This document shows, piece after piece, positions 22,220-31,343 of a stretch of 64,000 nucleotides of DNA. Position 1 is the stretch's first letter; each line of letters opens with the position of its first letter. Position numbers and translations under genes: made by a program. The DNA comes from a bacterium (GTDB lineage Bacteria > SAR324 > NAC60-12). A model generated the notes under the pieces. It saw only the letters and a program-made list of their open reading frames with translations. It was not told the DNA's origin and did no database searches. The stretch lies in assembly GCA_965205865.1 (NCBI GenBank), contig CBDBHR010000026.1, forward strand, positions 1-64,000. Direction: 5' to 3'.

Positions 22220-22387
22220 ATGGATATACAAACTGAAAAACATAGGGGCGTAGACAAGGGACTGGTAACAGTATTTCTCAAAATGTCACCGGAAGCGCGT
22301 CTTGAGTCGAATGACAATGCTTCGAGCACTATTTTGGAGTTAAGGAATGCCTACCAACATCAAAAAATCAACAAGAATAGATCTTAG
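22220..22387 (+). CDS. Small protein (55 aa), putative partner of a nucleotidyltransferase
   Basis: My translation MDIQTEKHRGVDKGLVTVFLKMSPEARLESNDNASSTILELRNAY...; GVD..L...L.MSPE.RL pattern as I recall it upstream of minimal nucleotidyltransferases; overlaps next start. Confidence 0.55.
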   Translation: MDIQTEKHRGVDKGLVTVFLKMSPEARLESNDNASSTILELRNAYQHQKINKNRS

Positions 22388-22480
22388 CGCATTACTTGAA
22401 AAACTTCTTGAATCCAATGTTGAGTATATTCTGGTTGGTGGACTGGCGCTGTTATTCAAGGAGCGCCGATTACAACTTGG
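22347..22480 (+). pseudogene. 5' remnant of a nucleotidyltransferase gene
   Basis: AAGGA SD + ATG; LLEKLLESNVEYILVGGLA then, after a frameshift, (A)VIQGAPITT.DI. Confidence 0.65.
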
Positions 22481-22677
22481 ACATCGAGGATATTGAACAG
22501 GCAATTCTCAATGGACACATTGCCGGCATAGAAAAAAAGGATCCAAGAGGAACAAAATATGTGCTGGAAGGCATTGGCTCTGATGGGGTTACTCCAGTTG
22601 GGAGTGTGGGTCGTTTCACCAGCACAGAACGTTATTTGATTATCACAGTTTATGAAATCTCCGCATCTCGAGGATGA
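22477..22677 (+). pseudogene. DUF4258-like toxin, 5'-truncated
   Basis: LDIEDIEQAILNG...DPRGTKYVLEG...LIITVYE; usual N-terminal HA..M helix is absent. Confidence 0.65.
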
Positions 22678-22681
22678 GATT

Positions 22682-22939
22682 ATGTATGGTTATCAATGTG
22701 AATACTGCGAAGGTAAAGTGCAACCACGGCAGGTGGGACGTGAGGCATTTAAACATAAAAATGGCTTTGTTATTTTAGAAAATATCATCGTAGGTGTCTG
22801 TGATTTTTGTGGCAATCGGTATTACAATGCCAATCTCCTGCGCACTGTTCATGAGATTGCCTCAGGCAAGAAGAAGCCTGAACGAACAGAGCAGATCCCT
22901 GTTGCGGATTTGATATCCGCCAGCCCGGAGATGGGCTGA
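22682..22939 (+). CDS. YgiT/MqsA-type zinc finger protein
   Basis: CEYC...GVCDFCGNRYY; typical DUF4258 partner. Confidence 0.8.
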   Translation: MYGYQCEYCEGKVQPRQVGREAFKHKNGFVILENIIVGVCDFCGNRYYNANLLRTVHEIASGKKKPERTEQIPVADLISASPEMG

Positions 22940-22989
22940 CAATTAACGAGTCGGCATTGACAGAAGAGGAACGGGCCAGGCTCCGCTTA

Positions 22990-23931
22990 TCAATTGAAAG
23001 GGTTGATCAGTCTGGCCAGGAAGCCTCGTTTGCGTTTCACCACCGCAGTGCCGTAACTGCCCTCACCGCCCCGCAGCCTGGGGTCGAGCAGGTCCCTGAG
23101 GGCGTCACCGAACATGTTGAGGGAATAGACGGTAATCGTCAGGAATAGCCCCGGCCAGAGCGCCAGCCAAGGGGCCGCCTCCATGTAGTTACGCCCTTCG
23201 CGGCTGAGCAGACCTCCCCAGCTGGGAACCTCGATGGGCAGCCCGAATCCGAGAAAGCTCAGCGACGCCTCGGCAATGATGACGCCACCGATGTTGATGC
23301 TGAAGATAATGATGATCGGCGCCATGATATTGGGCAGGACATGGCGGATCAGGATTAGGCTCGTGGGGGTGCCCAGGGCTTTGGCTGCCAGAAAATAATC
23401 ATTCTCTTTGACACCGATCACGGCGCTTCTGACGGTTCTGGAACCCCCGATGCCTCCGGATACGCCCAGGACCACAATGATCTGGAGGAGACCCTGGCCC
23501 ACGATGGACATGATGGTTAACAAGAGCAGCAGTCCTGGAAAAGCCATCCAGGCATCGACAAAGCGTTGCGCAACCAGATCCGGTTTGCCTCCCAAGAATC
23601 CGAAAATGCCGCCAATCAGGACCGCGACGATCACATTGAGCGCCGTCGCGGCCAGACCGACGGTTAAGGAAATGCGCGCCCCGACGATCAAGCGGCTCAG
23701 GAGGTCTCGCCCCAAATGGTCGGTCCCCAGGAGATACTGGGTGGAGGAGCTTGTCAGCCGGTCTGGAAGGTGTCGTTTTCTATAGTCATGGGGTGCCAAC
23801 ACATCGGCAAAGATCGCCACCACAATAAAGAGCAAGACGATCATCCCGCAGGCCGTCCCCAGGGGCTTCTCCCGCCAAAGCCTGATGAAGAAATCCGCAA
23901 ACCGGCCTCGTCGCTTGGGCTCACTACTCAT
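22990..23931 (-). CDS. Peptide/nickel ABC transporter permease (DppC/OppC-like)
   Basis: LGTDHLGRDLLSR, AAKALG..RHVLPN, EASLSFLGFG, GDALRDLLDPR. Confidence 0.93.
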   Translation of the reverse strand: MSSEPKRRGRFADFFIRLWREKPLGTACGMIVLLFIVVAIFADVLAPHDYRKRHLPDRLTSSSTQYLLGTDHLGRDLLSRLIVGARISLTVGLAATALNVIVAVLIGGIFGFLGGKPDLVAQRFVDAWMAFPGLLLLLTIMSIVGQGLLQIIVVLGVSGGIGGSRTVRSAVIGVKENDYFLAAKALGTPTSLILIRHVLPNIMAPIIIIFSINIGGVIIAEASLSFLGFGLPIEVPSWGGLLSREGRNYMEAAPWLALWPGLFLTITVYSLNMFGDALRDLLDPRLRGGEGSYGTAVVKRKRGFLARLINPFN

Positions 23932-24883
23932 ACCGCACCCTCGGATCCAAGAAGGCATAAATCAGGTCTATCATCAGGTTGATCCCCATCACCGCGGTGC
24001 CGAACACCAGATTGATGCCGGCGACCACCGGGTAGTCTCTGTCATTGAGGGCATCCAGCAGGAGACGACCGAGTCCCGGCAGGTTGAAGATGCTCTCGAT
24101 AATAACGGCCCCACCCACCAGGATAGGCAACTGCAGACCGATGGTGGTCACGATCGGGATGAAGGCATTCTTGACCGCGTGTCTCACGACCACCACCCGC
24201 TCCTTGAGCCCCTTGGACCAGGCGGTGCGGATGTAGTCCTGCCGCAGCACCTCCAGCATCATGGTGCGCGTCATGCGCATGGTAGCCGCCGCCGAGGCCG
24301 TCCCCAGAATCAGACTCGGAATGAGGAACATGCCAAGATTCCCCAGCGGGTCTTCGCTGAAGGTAATCAGCCGCATCGCCGGCGCCCAGCCCCACCAGAT
24401 AGCCGGGTAGATCATTACCATGAGGGCGAGCCAGAAGTTGGGCGTGGCCAGGCCCAGAACGGCGATGGAGCGCCCGGCGTAGTCGACCGCCGTATCCTGG
24501 CGAATTGCCGAGTAGATGCCGACCGGCAGGGCTATCAACAACCCAATGACGATTGCCATCACACCCAGCTCGATGGTGACTGGCAATCTCCCCAATATCT
24601 TTTCCTCTACCGACCAATCGCCCATCAGGGAGTTGCCAAGGGTGCCGTGCAGGAGAATACCTCCCAACCAGCGGCCGTACTGCACGTAGACCGGCTGGTC
24701 TAGTCCCAGCATCTGCTCGAGCGCTTCACGGTCGACCCCACCCACCCCCAAGTATGCCAACCTGTTCACCATTACGTCTATTACATCGCCTGGGATGAAG
24801 CGCACCGAGAGAAAGACCAGGATGCTCAGGATAAACAGGGTGGGGATGATGAGCAATAACCGCCTGATGATGTAAGCTCTCAT
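23924..24883 (-). CDS. Peptide/nickel ABC transporter permease (DppB/OppB-like)
   Basis: YIIRRLL, PGD, DYIRTAWSKGL, IESIFNLPGLG, DYPVV, LDPRVRY. Confidence 0.93.
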   Translation of the reverse strand: MRAYIIRRLLLIIPTLFILSILVFLSVRFIPGDVIDVMVNRLAYLGVGGVDREALEQMLGLDQPVYVQYGRWLGGILLHGTLGNSLMGDWSVEEKILGRLPVTIELGVMAIVIGLLIALPVGIYSAIRQDTAVDYAGRSIAVLGLATPNFWLALMVMIYPAIWWGWAPAMRLITFSEDPLGNLGMFLIPSLILGTASAAATMRMTRTMMLEVLRQDYIRTAWSKGLKERVVVVRHAVKNAFIPIVTTIGLQLPILVGGAVIIESIFNLPGLGRLLLDALNDRDYPVVAGINLVFGTAVMGINLMIDLIYAFLDPRVRYE

Positions 24884-24941
24884 ATCAGTCCAAGGGAACG
24901 AAGAGCCAGGAAGCTTGGGCCTCACGGCTCTCTCATAAACC

Positions 24942-27791
24942 CTAATGCCCCATTTCTTTCTTCAGCTCGCTATCAATCCAGAGGCGGGAGAAGATAAGCA
25001 AACGGTCCTGTAGTCCGAGCCAGGTTTCACCGTTAAAACCTATGACCCACGGCTGGTGCGCCATGAACTTTCCAGCTTTAGGACCCCATATCCACCAGTG
25101 GTTCTCCATGGTGTACATATCCACCTCTTTGACCAGCCCCTGCTGCTGCTCAATGGAGGTAGCGGCTTGGGCGGCTTCAATAAGGGAGTCCAACTCTGGG
25201 TACCCGATTCCGTGGTAGTTATTAACGCCGGTCGAGGAAGCAAAGTTGAGTATGTTCGTCAGAGGGCCAGTATTTGAGCCCAGTACGGTCCCGAACATAC
25301 CCTCCCAAGCACGTTCCGTTCGAGTAGCGCCCTCAGTAGCTCCGTCCATTACGTTAATCTCTACATCAACGCCAATATCAGCCCAGTATGAGGCAGCTAA
25401 TTCACTATAACCTAAAGAAAATTTCTCGGGGTGGTTCAACACGGTCTTGAATCTCGTGCCGTCCGCACCGCGCGCATATCCGGCCTCATCCAGCAACGCT
25501 TCCGCCGCTTTCGGGTCATACATATAGCCACTCTTGACCTCTTCGGGCCACTCTTCGAAGGGGGTGAAATACCCGCTGAGGCCTTCCCCTAAGATACCCT
25601 GAGGCTGCCAGGCTGAAGTGCCCTTGTAGACGCTGCGGTCGATGCCCTCGAGGTCTAGTGCCATCTGCATGGCCTGGCGCACCCTGATGTCGTCAAACGG
25701 CGGCTTGGTTGCGTCAAGGCCATAAGAGTTTTCCGAACGGTCCAACCACGGCTCCAGCACGATTTCAGGGTTGGTCCGCCGGAGGCTATCAAGCACGTCC
25801 ACCGATGTGATATCAGAGGTCCCACCGGTGAAACCCAGGAAATCAATCTTACCGGTGCGCAGTCCCGCCAGACGTGTCGCTTCGTCTATAATAATCAGGT
25901 GCTGTAACTCGTCAAAGTAGGGCAACCGGTTCTCCGGGTATTTTTCGTCGTAGCCCCAGTAGTTAGGATTCTTGGTATGGGTTATAGAGCTGCCCTCGAC
26001 CCAGTCAGTCATTTCGTAGGGCCCGGTGCCGACCAGGTTCCTCCAGTCCTTGACGTCGCCATGTTGCTTGATTACCTCGGGGGGGTATATGAAGGTATTA
26101 GCCCAGACGCCAAGGAGACTTGCCAGCGCACCGAGTGGTGGTGGCTCCTTCAGCTTCATCACAACCGTATATTTGTCGGTGGCGGTTATCGATTCCCATG
26201 CGAGAGCGCTGAGACTCCACAGCGTCGGGGCAGGTTCGGCTTCACTAAACTCGGTCCCTGTCAATTTACTTCCCAAAAAGCGGTGAAAGGTGTATTCGAC
26301 ATCATCGGCAGTTAGCTCCCGACCGTTCATCGGTGGCTTATTATGCCAGTGAACACCCTGGCGGATGTGGAAGACATAGGTTTTATCGTCGGGCATTTCC
26401 CAGCTTTCTGCCAGATGCCCTCTTAAGGCAAATTCAGGTGTGTACGTGCTCCTGAAGGCAAATTCGTTCCTATCTATTCCCCAGTTCATGATTCCTAGCC
26501 TCTCTACAACGCCACTGACGGCCATTCCCACACCCCCATGGAGCGCGGCGTCAGCATGCGGAGGCTCGGCCGGATTGGCAAAGGTGAAAGTCCCGCCATA
26601 CTCCGGCGCGGTCACCATCTTGCCGGTGCTGGGATCTTTGACCATGTCCGAAGCGGCAAAGGTCAAGGCCGTGAAACCGAGTACAATCATGCTGATAAGG
26701 GCCAGCATGGAACGCCCTTTTGAGTTTCGATGATGATTTATCATAACGATCCTTTCTTTCATTTGAGAAAAAGTAAACCAAAAGCACCCTGCCTGGAAAC
26801 GTTCAAGCATCATTTCCGGCTGGGATAACGTTTTGAGTATGGTCAATCCATACGATTTCCGTTCCTGTGGGGCAACGGAAGTTAAAACCAATTGATCACA
26901 GGCCAGTTCCTGATCCAGGCGGAAGAGGGGATAGGCCAGATAGATCAACGGGTTGAACCAATAAATACACTTGAGCGCTAAGGCCCAAGCGGTGAAGAGA
27001 AAATCTTTGCGTTGCAGATGGGCCAGTTCATGAGCGAGAATATGTTCCATTTCGCGTTTGGAATAGAATTTGGCAAAATGGAGGGGCAGCACCAATTTGG
27101 GATGCAGCCATCCGATCACTGCAGGCCCTTGAATCCAGGCAGAGACGAACAGGTCCCCCTGGAACTTCAAGCCCATTTTGAGACACAGTTGCGCGAGCAA
27201 ACTTTTCATTTCCGGGGAAGGTTCCCGTTTCTCTTTCAGCAGTTGTTCATACAAACGAACATGTCGGAGTATCGTGACAAGCCCCATCATCACGAATCCC
27301 CCGAGCCAAACGAAAAAGATTATCTTCACGCCGTTTATTTGTACTTGAGAAAAAACGGGCCACCCGCCAACTGGGGCGGATGATGGGAAATCTTTAGGGG
27401 AGATACTTTGCTCACTGATGCGCTCTGCAGGGAAGGTTGATCCCCCTTCCTGCACCGCAGTTTTCATGGCTTCTATGCGAGCCGTATTCTCTGCATTGAT
27501 CTGTTTGAATAATGCTTCGGAAGCCGTGAGGGGCTTTTTGTTTTGCAGCAGGGCATACACCCCTTGCTGCATGTTGAAGTTATAAAGGATGGTTTGCCAG
27601 GAAGGGAGGAGACTGAGTTGGGTTTGGGGAGTCACCAGGATCATCATTTTAAGCGCCGGCAGCAGCCAAAGCGCGTAACTCCATTTTGCTCCGAAATAAC
27701 GAACCACCGGTTTGCGAATCACGAACACGAAAACGATTAAGAGACTGGACCACAGGGCGGCCTCAGCTAAACCATACAATAGAGTTGCCAT
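24942..27791 (-). CDS. Fusion: BlaR1/MecR1-type M56 metallopeptidase (aa ~1-350) + family 5 ABC solute-binding domain (aa ~385-949)
   Basis: YALWLL, GPAVIGWLHPKLVLP, HELAH (27018-27032), WFNP, ELACD, KERI; then TM; then PEYGGT, LAESWE, GVHWH..GRELTADDV, GTGPY, PFDDIRVRQAM; single uninterrupted ORF. Confidence 0.88.
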   Translation of the reverse strand: MATLLYGLAEAALWSSLLIVFVFVIRKPVVRYFGAKWSYALWLLPALKMMILVTPQTQLSLLPSWQTILYNFNMQQGVYALLQNKKPLTASEALFKQINAENTARIEAMKTAVQEGGSTFPAERISEQSISPKDFPSSAPVGGWPVFSQVQINGVKIIFFVWLGGFVMMGLVTILRHVRLYEQLLKEKREPSPEMKSLLAQLCLKMGLKFQGDLFVSAWIQGPAVIGWLHPKLVLPLHFAKFYSKREMEHILAHELAHLQRKDFLFTAWALALKCIYWFNPLIYLAYPLFRLDQELACDQLVLTSVAPQERKSYGLTILKTLSQPEMMLERFQAGCFWFTFSQMKERIVMINHHRNSKGRSMLALISMIVLGFTALTFAASDMVKDPSTGKMVTAPEYGGTFTFANPAEPPHADAALHGGVGMAVSGVVERLGIMNWGIDRNEFAFRSTYTPEFALRGHLAESWEMPDDKTYVFHIRQGVHWHNKPPMNGRELTADDVEYTFHRFLGSKLTGTEFSEAEPAPTLWSLSALAWESITATDKYTVVMKLKEPPPLGALASLLGVWANTFIYPPEVIKQHGDVKDWRNLVGTGPYEMTDWVEGSSITHTKNPNYWGYDEKYPENRLPYFDELQHLIIIDEATRLAGLRTGKIDFLGFTGGTSDITSVDVLDSLRRTNPEIVLEPWLDRSENSYGLDATKPPFDDIRVRQAMQMALDLEGIDRSVYKGTSAWQPQGILGEGLSGYFTPFEEWPEEVKSGYMYDPKAAEALLDEAGYARGADGTRFKTVLNHPEKFSLGYSELAASYWADIGVDVEINVMDGATEGATRTERAWEGMFGTVLGSNTGPLTNILNFASSTGVNNYHGIGYPELDSLIEAAQAATSIEQQQGLVKEVDMYTMENHWWIWGPKAGKFMAHQPWVIGFNGETWLGLQDRLLIFSRLWIDSELKKEMGH

Positions 27792-27811
27792 TTCAACACC
27801 TCCTCAATGGA

Positions 27812-28180
27812 TCATTCCATTTTGTCCAATAGTTTTTTCAACTCCTCGATCTCTTGCTTGGTCAATATTTCTTGCGCTGCAAAACTGAATAACAATTGAT
27901 GAGAGACTTTGCCACCAAACCAATTCTCCAAAAATTTTCTACTTTCCAATTGCAAATACGCTTTTCGGCTGAGCAGGGGATAATACAGATATTTTCTCTG
28001 CTCCTTTTTGAAAGCTAAAATCTCCTTCTTCAACAAGCGGTTCAACAGAGTCTTCACCGTCTTGGCCTGCCAGTCTTTTTGCGGTGAAATGACTTCAATC
28101 ACCTCTTGAGCAGATAATGGAGATCTTTCCCATATCACATCCATCACGACCCGCTCCGCATTGCTGATCTTTTTGGTCAT
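27812..28180 (-). CDS. BlaI/MecI/CopY family repressor
   Basis: ISNAERVVMDVIW...W...TVKTLLNRLLKK...YLYYPL...FGG; directly upstream of the M56 gene. Confidence 0.92.
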   Translation of the reverse strand: MTKKISNAERVVMDVIWERSPLSAQEVIEVISPQKDWQAKTVKTLLNRLLKKEILAFKKEQRKYLYYPLLSRKAYLQLESRKFLENWFGGKVSHQLLFSFAAQEILTKQEIEELKKLLDKME

Positions 28181-28375
28181 CCATTTCCCTTCATTTGTCT
28201 GGTTTGCATACGCAATCAAATAGATAGTCATTTCTGAAGAATTACATAGTTACTACGCACTCTTTACACCCGTTTAAATTTATTGGCATGAAATTGTATC
28301 TTATAATTCATTGAAATATTTGACTTATATGAGAAATTTGCAACGAATTCAAGCACGCAGAATCTGTTTTTACAT

Positions 28376-28386
28376 TACAGTCTGTA
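28376..28386. promoter_or_regulatory. Candidate BlaI-type operator TACAG-T-CTGTA (second copy 28801-28811)
   Basis: Palindrome with TACA/TGTA half-sites upstream of blaI; spacer is 1 nt longer than the classical TACA-N2-TGTA. Confidence 0.4.
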
Positions 28387-28437
28387 GTCTTCATCAGACA
28401 ACATTACAGGAAGAAATTTTAAAAAGCAAACTTTTTT

Positions 28438-28605
28438 TTATGCTGGATCGAAATTTAACAGTCGGTTCAACAGATTCTTCACCGTCTTGGCCTGCCAGTC
28501 CTTTTGCGGTGAAATGACTTCAATCACCTCTTGGGCCGATAGCGGCGATCTTTCCCAAAACGCCTTCATCACGACCCGCTCCGCATTGCTGATCTTTTTG
28601 GTCAT
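28438..28605 (-). pseudogene. Truncated blaI duplicate (55 aa)
   Basis: MTKKISNAERVVMKAFWE...NLLNRLL then diverges to a stop. Confidence 0.85.
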
Positions 28606-29154
28606 CCATTTCCTTTCATTCGTCTGGTTTGCATACGCAATCAAATAGATAGTCATTTCTGAAGAATTACAAAGATACTACACACTCTTTACATCCGTTT
28701 AAATTTATTGGCATGAAATTGTATCTTATAATTCATTGAAATATTTGATTTATATGAGAAATTTGCAAAGAATTCAAACACGCAGAATCTGTTTTTACAT
28801 TACAGTCTGTAGTCTTCATCAGACAACATTACAGGAAGAAATTTTAAAAAGCAAACTTTTTTTATGGTGGATCGAATTAATTTACGAGATGGGGAACGTT
28901 ATCTCTTCAGCAATCGAAATAATTGTTCTTCTTCAGGCGGTTAAATGAGCAATGCGCTCAAGGATGTCCGGAAGAAGTTGAGTTATTGACTGAAGGAATG
29001 TGATTGAAGCAGGCGGGAGTAGAAGAGAGGATCTTCGTCCGTGACGCGAGAGTATCCAGCCTCATCCAGGACAGTACCAGGCTCAAATGCATAGAATGTG
29101 TTAACATGAGATCGATTGAAAGCTGTTGACAAATGCATTTCAATCAAACCCTGA

Positions 29155-29200
29155 GTTGAGCGCTTCCGGAAAATCCGCTTCATTTCCGGAAGCGTTCAAC
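29155..29200. repeat. 18-bp inverted repeat (one G-U pair), 10-nt loop
   Basis: GTTGAGCGCTTCCGGAAA-N10-TTTCCGGAAGCGTTCAAC. Confidence 0.8.
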
Positions 29201-29282
29201 ATAGGGTGAAGAAAATCATTGATTTTAAAAATGAAAACCAACAGAGGTTGTTCCAAGACCGCAATTCAGAGAGAGCAGACTT

Positions 29283-29933
29283 ATGTCGTCCGGACAGATG
29301 ATTGGGAATGATGCCGACGCGGCGTTTTATTGGGTTGAAGCTCGCTGCGCGCTTGAAAGCGCCGATCCTGTACTTGGTGAATTGATCCGTGCAGCCAAAG
29401 GATCTGTTTTAAGGTCTCGGAACGATCCCTTCTTTTCACTGTCACGCTCAATAGTCGCCCAACAAATTTCCGTATTTGCCGCGGAATCGGTGTGGCAGAA
29501 ATTAATCACACATATCGGCGAAATGACACCGGACACGGTGGCGGATCAAACTGAGGACAGTTTGCGCAACTGCGGACTTTCCCGCTCCAAAGCAGGCTAT
29601 CTCAAAAATTTGGCGGAACACTTCATCAATGGCTCTCTCAATCAAGAGTCGTGGCATCACATGGACGATGAGGCGGTGATTGAATGCCTCACGCAGGTGA
29701 AAGGGATCGGGCGATGGACTGCCGAGATGTTCCTGATATTTCATTTGTTGAGACCTGACGTGTTTCCGGTAGCGGATATCGGCGTGCAAAAAGCTATTGC
29801 CATTCACTTCAACGATGGCATTCGTTCAGCTCCTGACGAAATGGTCTCGATTGCCGAACCTTGGCGACCATGGCGCTCGGTTGCCGTATGGTATCTTTGG
29901 CGCAGCCTCGACGCAGTACCCGTTGAATACTAG
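29283..29933 (+). CDS. alkA: DNA-3-methyladenine glycosylase II (AlkA/HhH-GPD)
   Basis: IVAQQIS, GLSRSK, KGIGRWTAEM..D, WRPWRS. Confidence 0.88.
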   Translation: MSSGQMIGNDADAAFYWVEARCALESADPVLGELIRAAKGSVLRSRNDPFFSLSRSIVAQQISVFAAESVWQKLITHIGEMTPDTVADQTEDSLRNCGLSRSKAGYLKNLAEHFINGSLNQESWHHMDDEAVIECLTQVKGIGRWTAEMFLIFHLLRPDVFPVADIGVQKAIAIHFNDGIRSAPDEMVSIAEPWRPWRSVAVWYLWRSLDAVPVEY

Positions 29934-30423
29934 GAATCGTTTCGAAAGTGGGAAGTGGGGTCAAGCTTGAAAGATTGGAAATATGAAGATATTTTACTTG
30001 GTTAAATAACGTTGAAAAAAGATTCCCGGGGAGGATCCATTGTTTTCGAGTCCTCCCATGATATTGTTCAAACGATCGAGCGGGAACCCTCTCCTTCCTT
30101 GAAACAACAAGGCATGATTTTAGCACTACTACGCAGCCTCAAGCCCCAAATGAAATAAATTGCTAGAAAAATTACCAGGTGAGCCGTAAAGTGTGACGTC
30201 CCAGGGCTTCATTCAGGCGATGGCGATAAAGAAAGTAACCCGAGTCTGGCAAGTAACCAAAGTAAACCGGCATTTCCTACAAGAAACACAAATCCATAGC
30301 GAATAATTTCAGTTCTCAAATGGGAGTGCCTCTGTATAAGCCCTATTGCGCATCATTCCGAAAATTAATAAATCAAGGGCAAAAAACTGAAACGTCGAGG
30401 GGTAGGGAATTCTATGAGAAAGA

Positions 30424-30449
30424 ATCCCTGAGACGGAGGTCCCAGGGAT
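30424..30449 (-). terminator. Probable intrinsic terminator of the 30482-30790 gene
   Basis: Minus strand ATCCCTGGGAC-CTCC-GTCTCAGGGAT followed by TCTTTCT. Confidence 0.55.
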
Positions 30450-30481
30450 ACGAAAAATATGAACTGCAGAAGGAGAGGAAA

Positions 30482-30790
30482 TTATCCTTGCAAGGCTTCG
30501 AATAATTCCGGGAACTGAACGGAAAGATCTTCTTCCGTCAGATTAGAGCCCAAAAGTTCCCCTGCCATATCGGTGACATTGTAACGCTTGTCTTTGGCAG
30601 AAAAATCCGCCAACTCCACGCGCATGTCATCCAATTCCAACAAAATAATGGTACGGGAAGGTTGGATGCTCGTCATTTCCTTTTCCGTATGGCTGCCATA
30701 ACCGCAACCGCTACCACCAAATCCACCAGCCACTACTGTTCCTGAACCCAGGACGAATAATGCTAATGTTGCTAATGCTAATTTCTTCAT
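30482..30790 (-). CDS. Small secreted hypothetical protein
   Basis: MKK + hydrophobic signal peptide; GAGGAG SD. Confidence 0.75.
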   Translation of the reverse strand: MKKLALATLALFVLGSGTVVAGGFGGSGCGYGSHTEKEMTSIQPSRTIILLELDDMRVELADFSAKDKRYNVTDMAGELLGSNLTEEDLSVQFPELFEALQG

Positions 30791-30895
30791 GAGATTCTCC
30801 TCTGAAAAAGTGAAATGAATGGAACAGACCCAATATTTGTACAGGGTTTTTTCAAAGAAACCAACTTTTTTTTGAGAAATCGCATTTTTTATTAA

Positions 30896-31231
30896 TCACG
30901 AAAAAAACTGTGCTTGATGATATTGCAGGGTGATGTCCGAAGCATATTTAGAAATCAAGACCTCTGTGGCATCGCGCTGACTTGCTAGAGTTGGAACTTC
31001 CACGAGGACGGCCTGATCGAGTGTCCTGGGTCGGTGCAAGGGGTGATTCATGTTCATAAAGGCAATAGCCGATTGTAGGGGTGAGATGCTGGGGTTGTAT
31101 GCGGCATTTTCGGCATATCGCCCTGTGTAGACTGCTCCGTCCGATGTTTTCAGAGCGCATCCGGCATAATTTTTCGTATAGGGGGCATAAGAACGACGGG
31201 CCGCCTGTAATGCCTGCAAAATCAGAGAATC
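30896..31231 (-). pseudogene. cdd: C-terminal domain fragment of homodimeric (E. coli-type) cytidine deaminase
   Basis: DSLILQALQAARRSYAPY...GRYAENAAYNPS..PLQ; catalytic HAE/PCxxC domain absent; no convincing start. Confidence 0.7.
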
Positions 31232-31343
31232 TTTCGATTCTTTTCTACCGTAGTTGCTTGCAGTATTCTTCCTTTGTGAACAATTTTGTCAAGCTCCTCA
31301 CGGATGGCTTGCGGAAATGTCTCGAGAAGCGCTCGCATTTTGT

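Larger units (their letters stand above)
28031..28878. repeat. ~425-bp tandem duplication of the blaI promoter + 5' part of blaI
   Basis: ~28031-28455 and ~28456-28878 near-identical (offset 425). Confidence 0.92.

Noticed and set aside
23885-24703. Long antisense ORFs over the permease (also over hsdR and hsdM)
   Set aside because: Expected shadows of GC-rich coding sequence; no motifs
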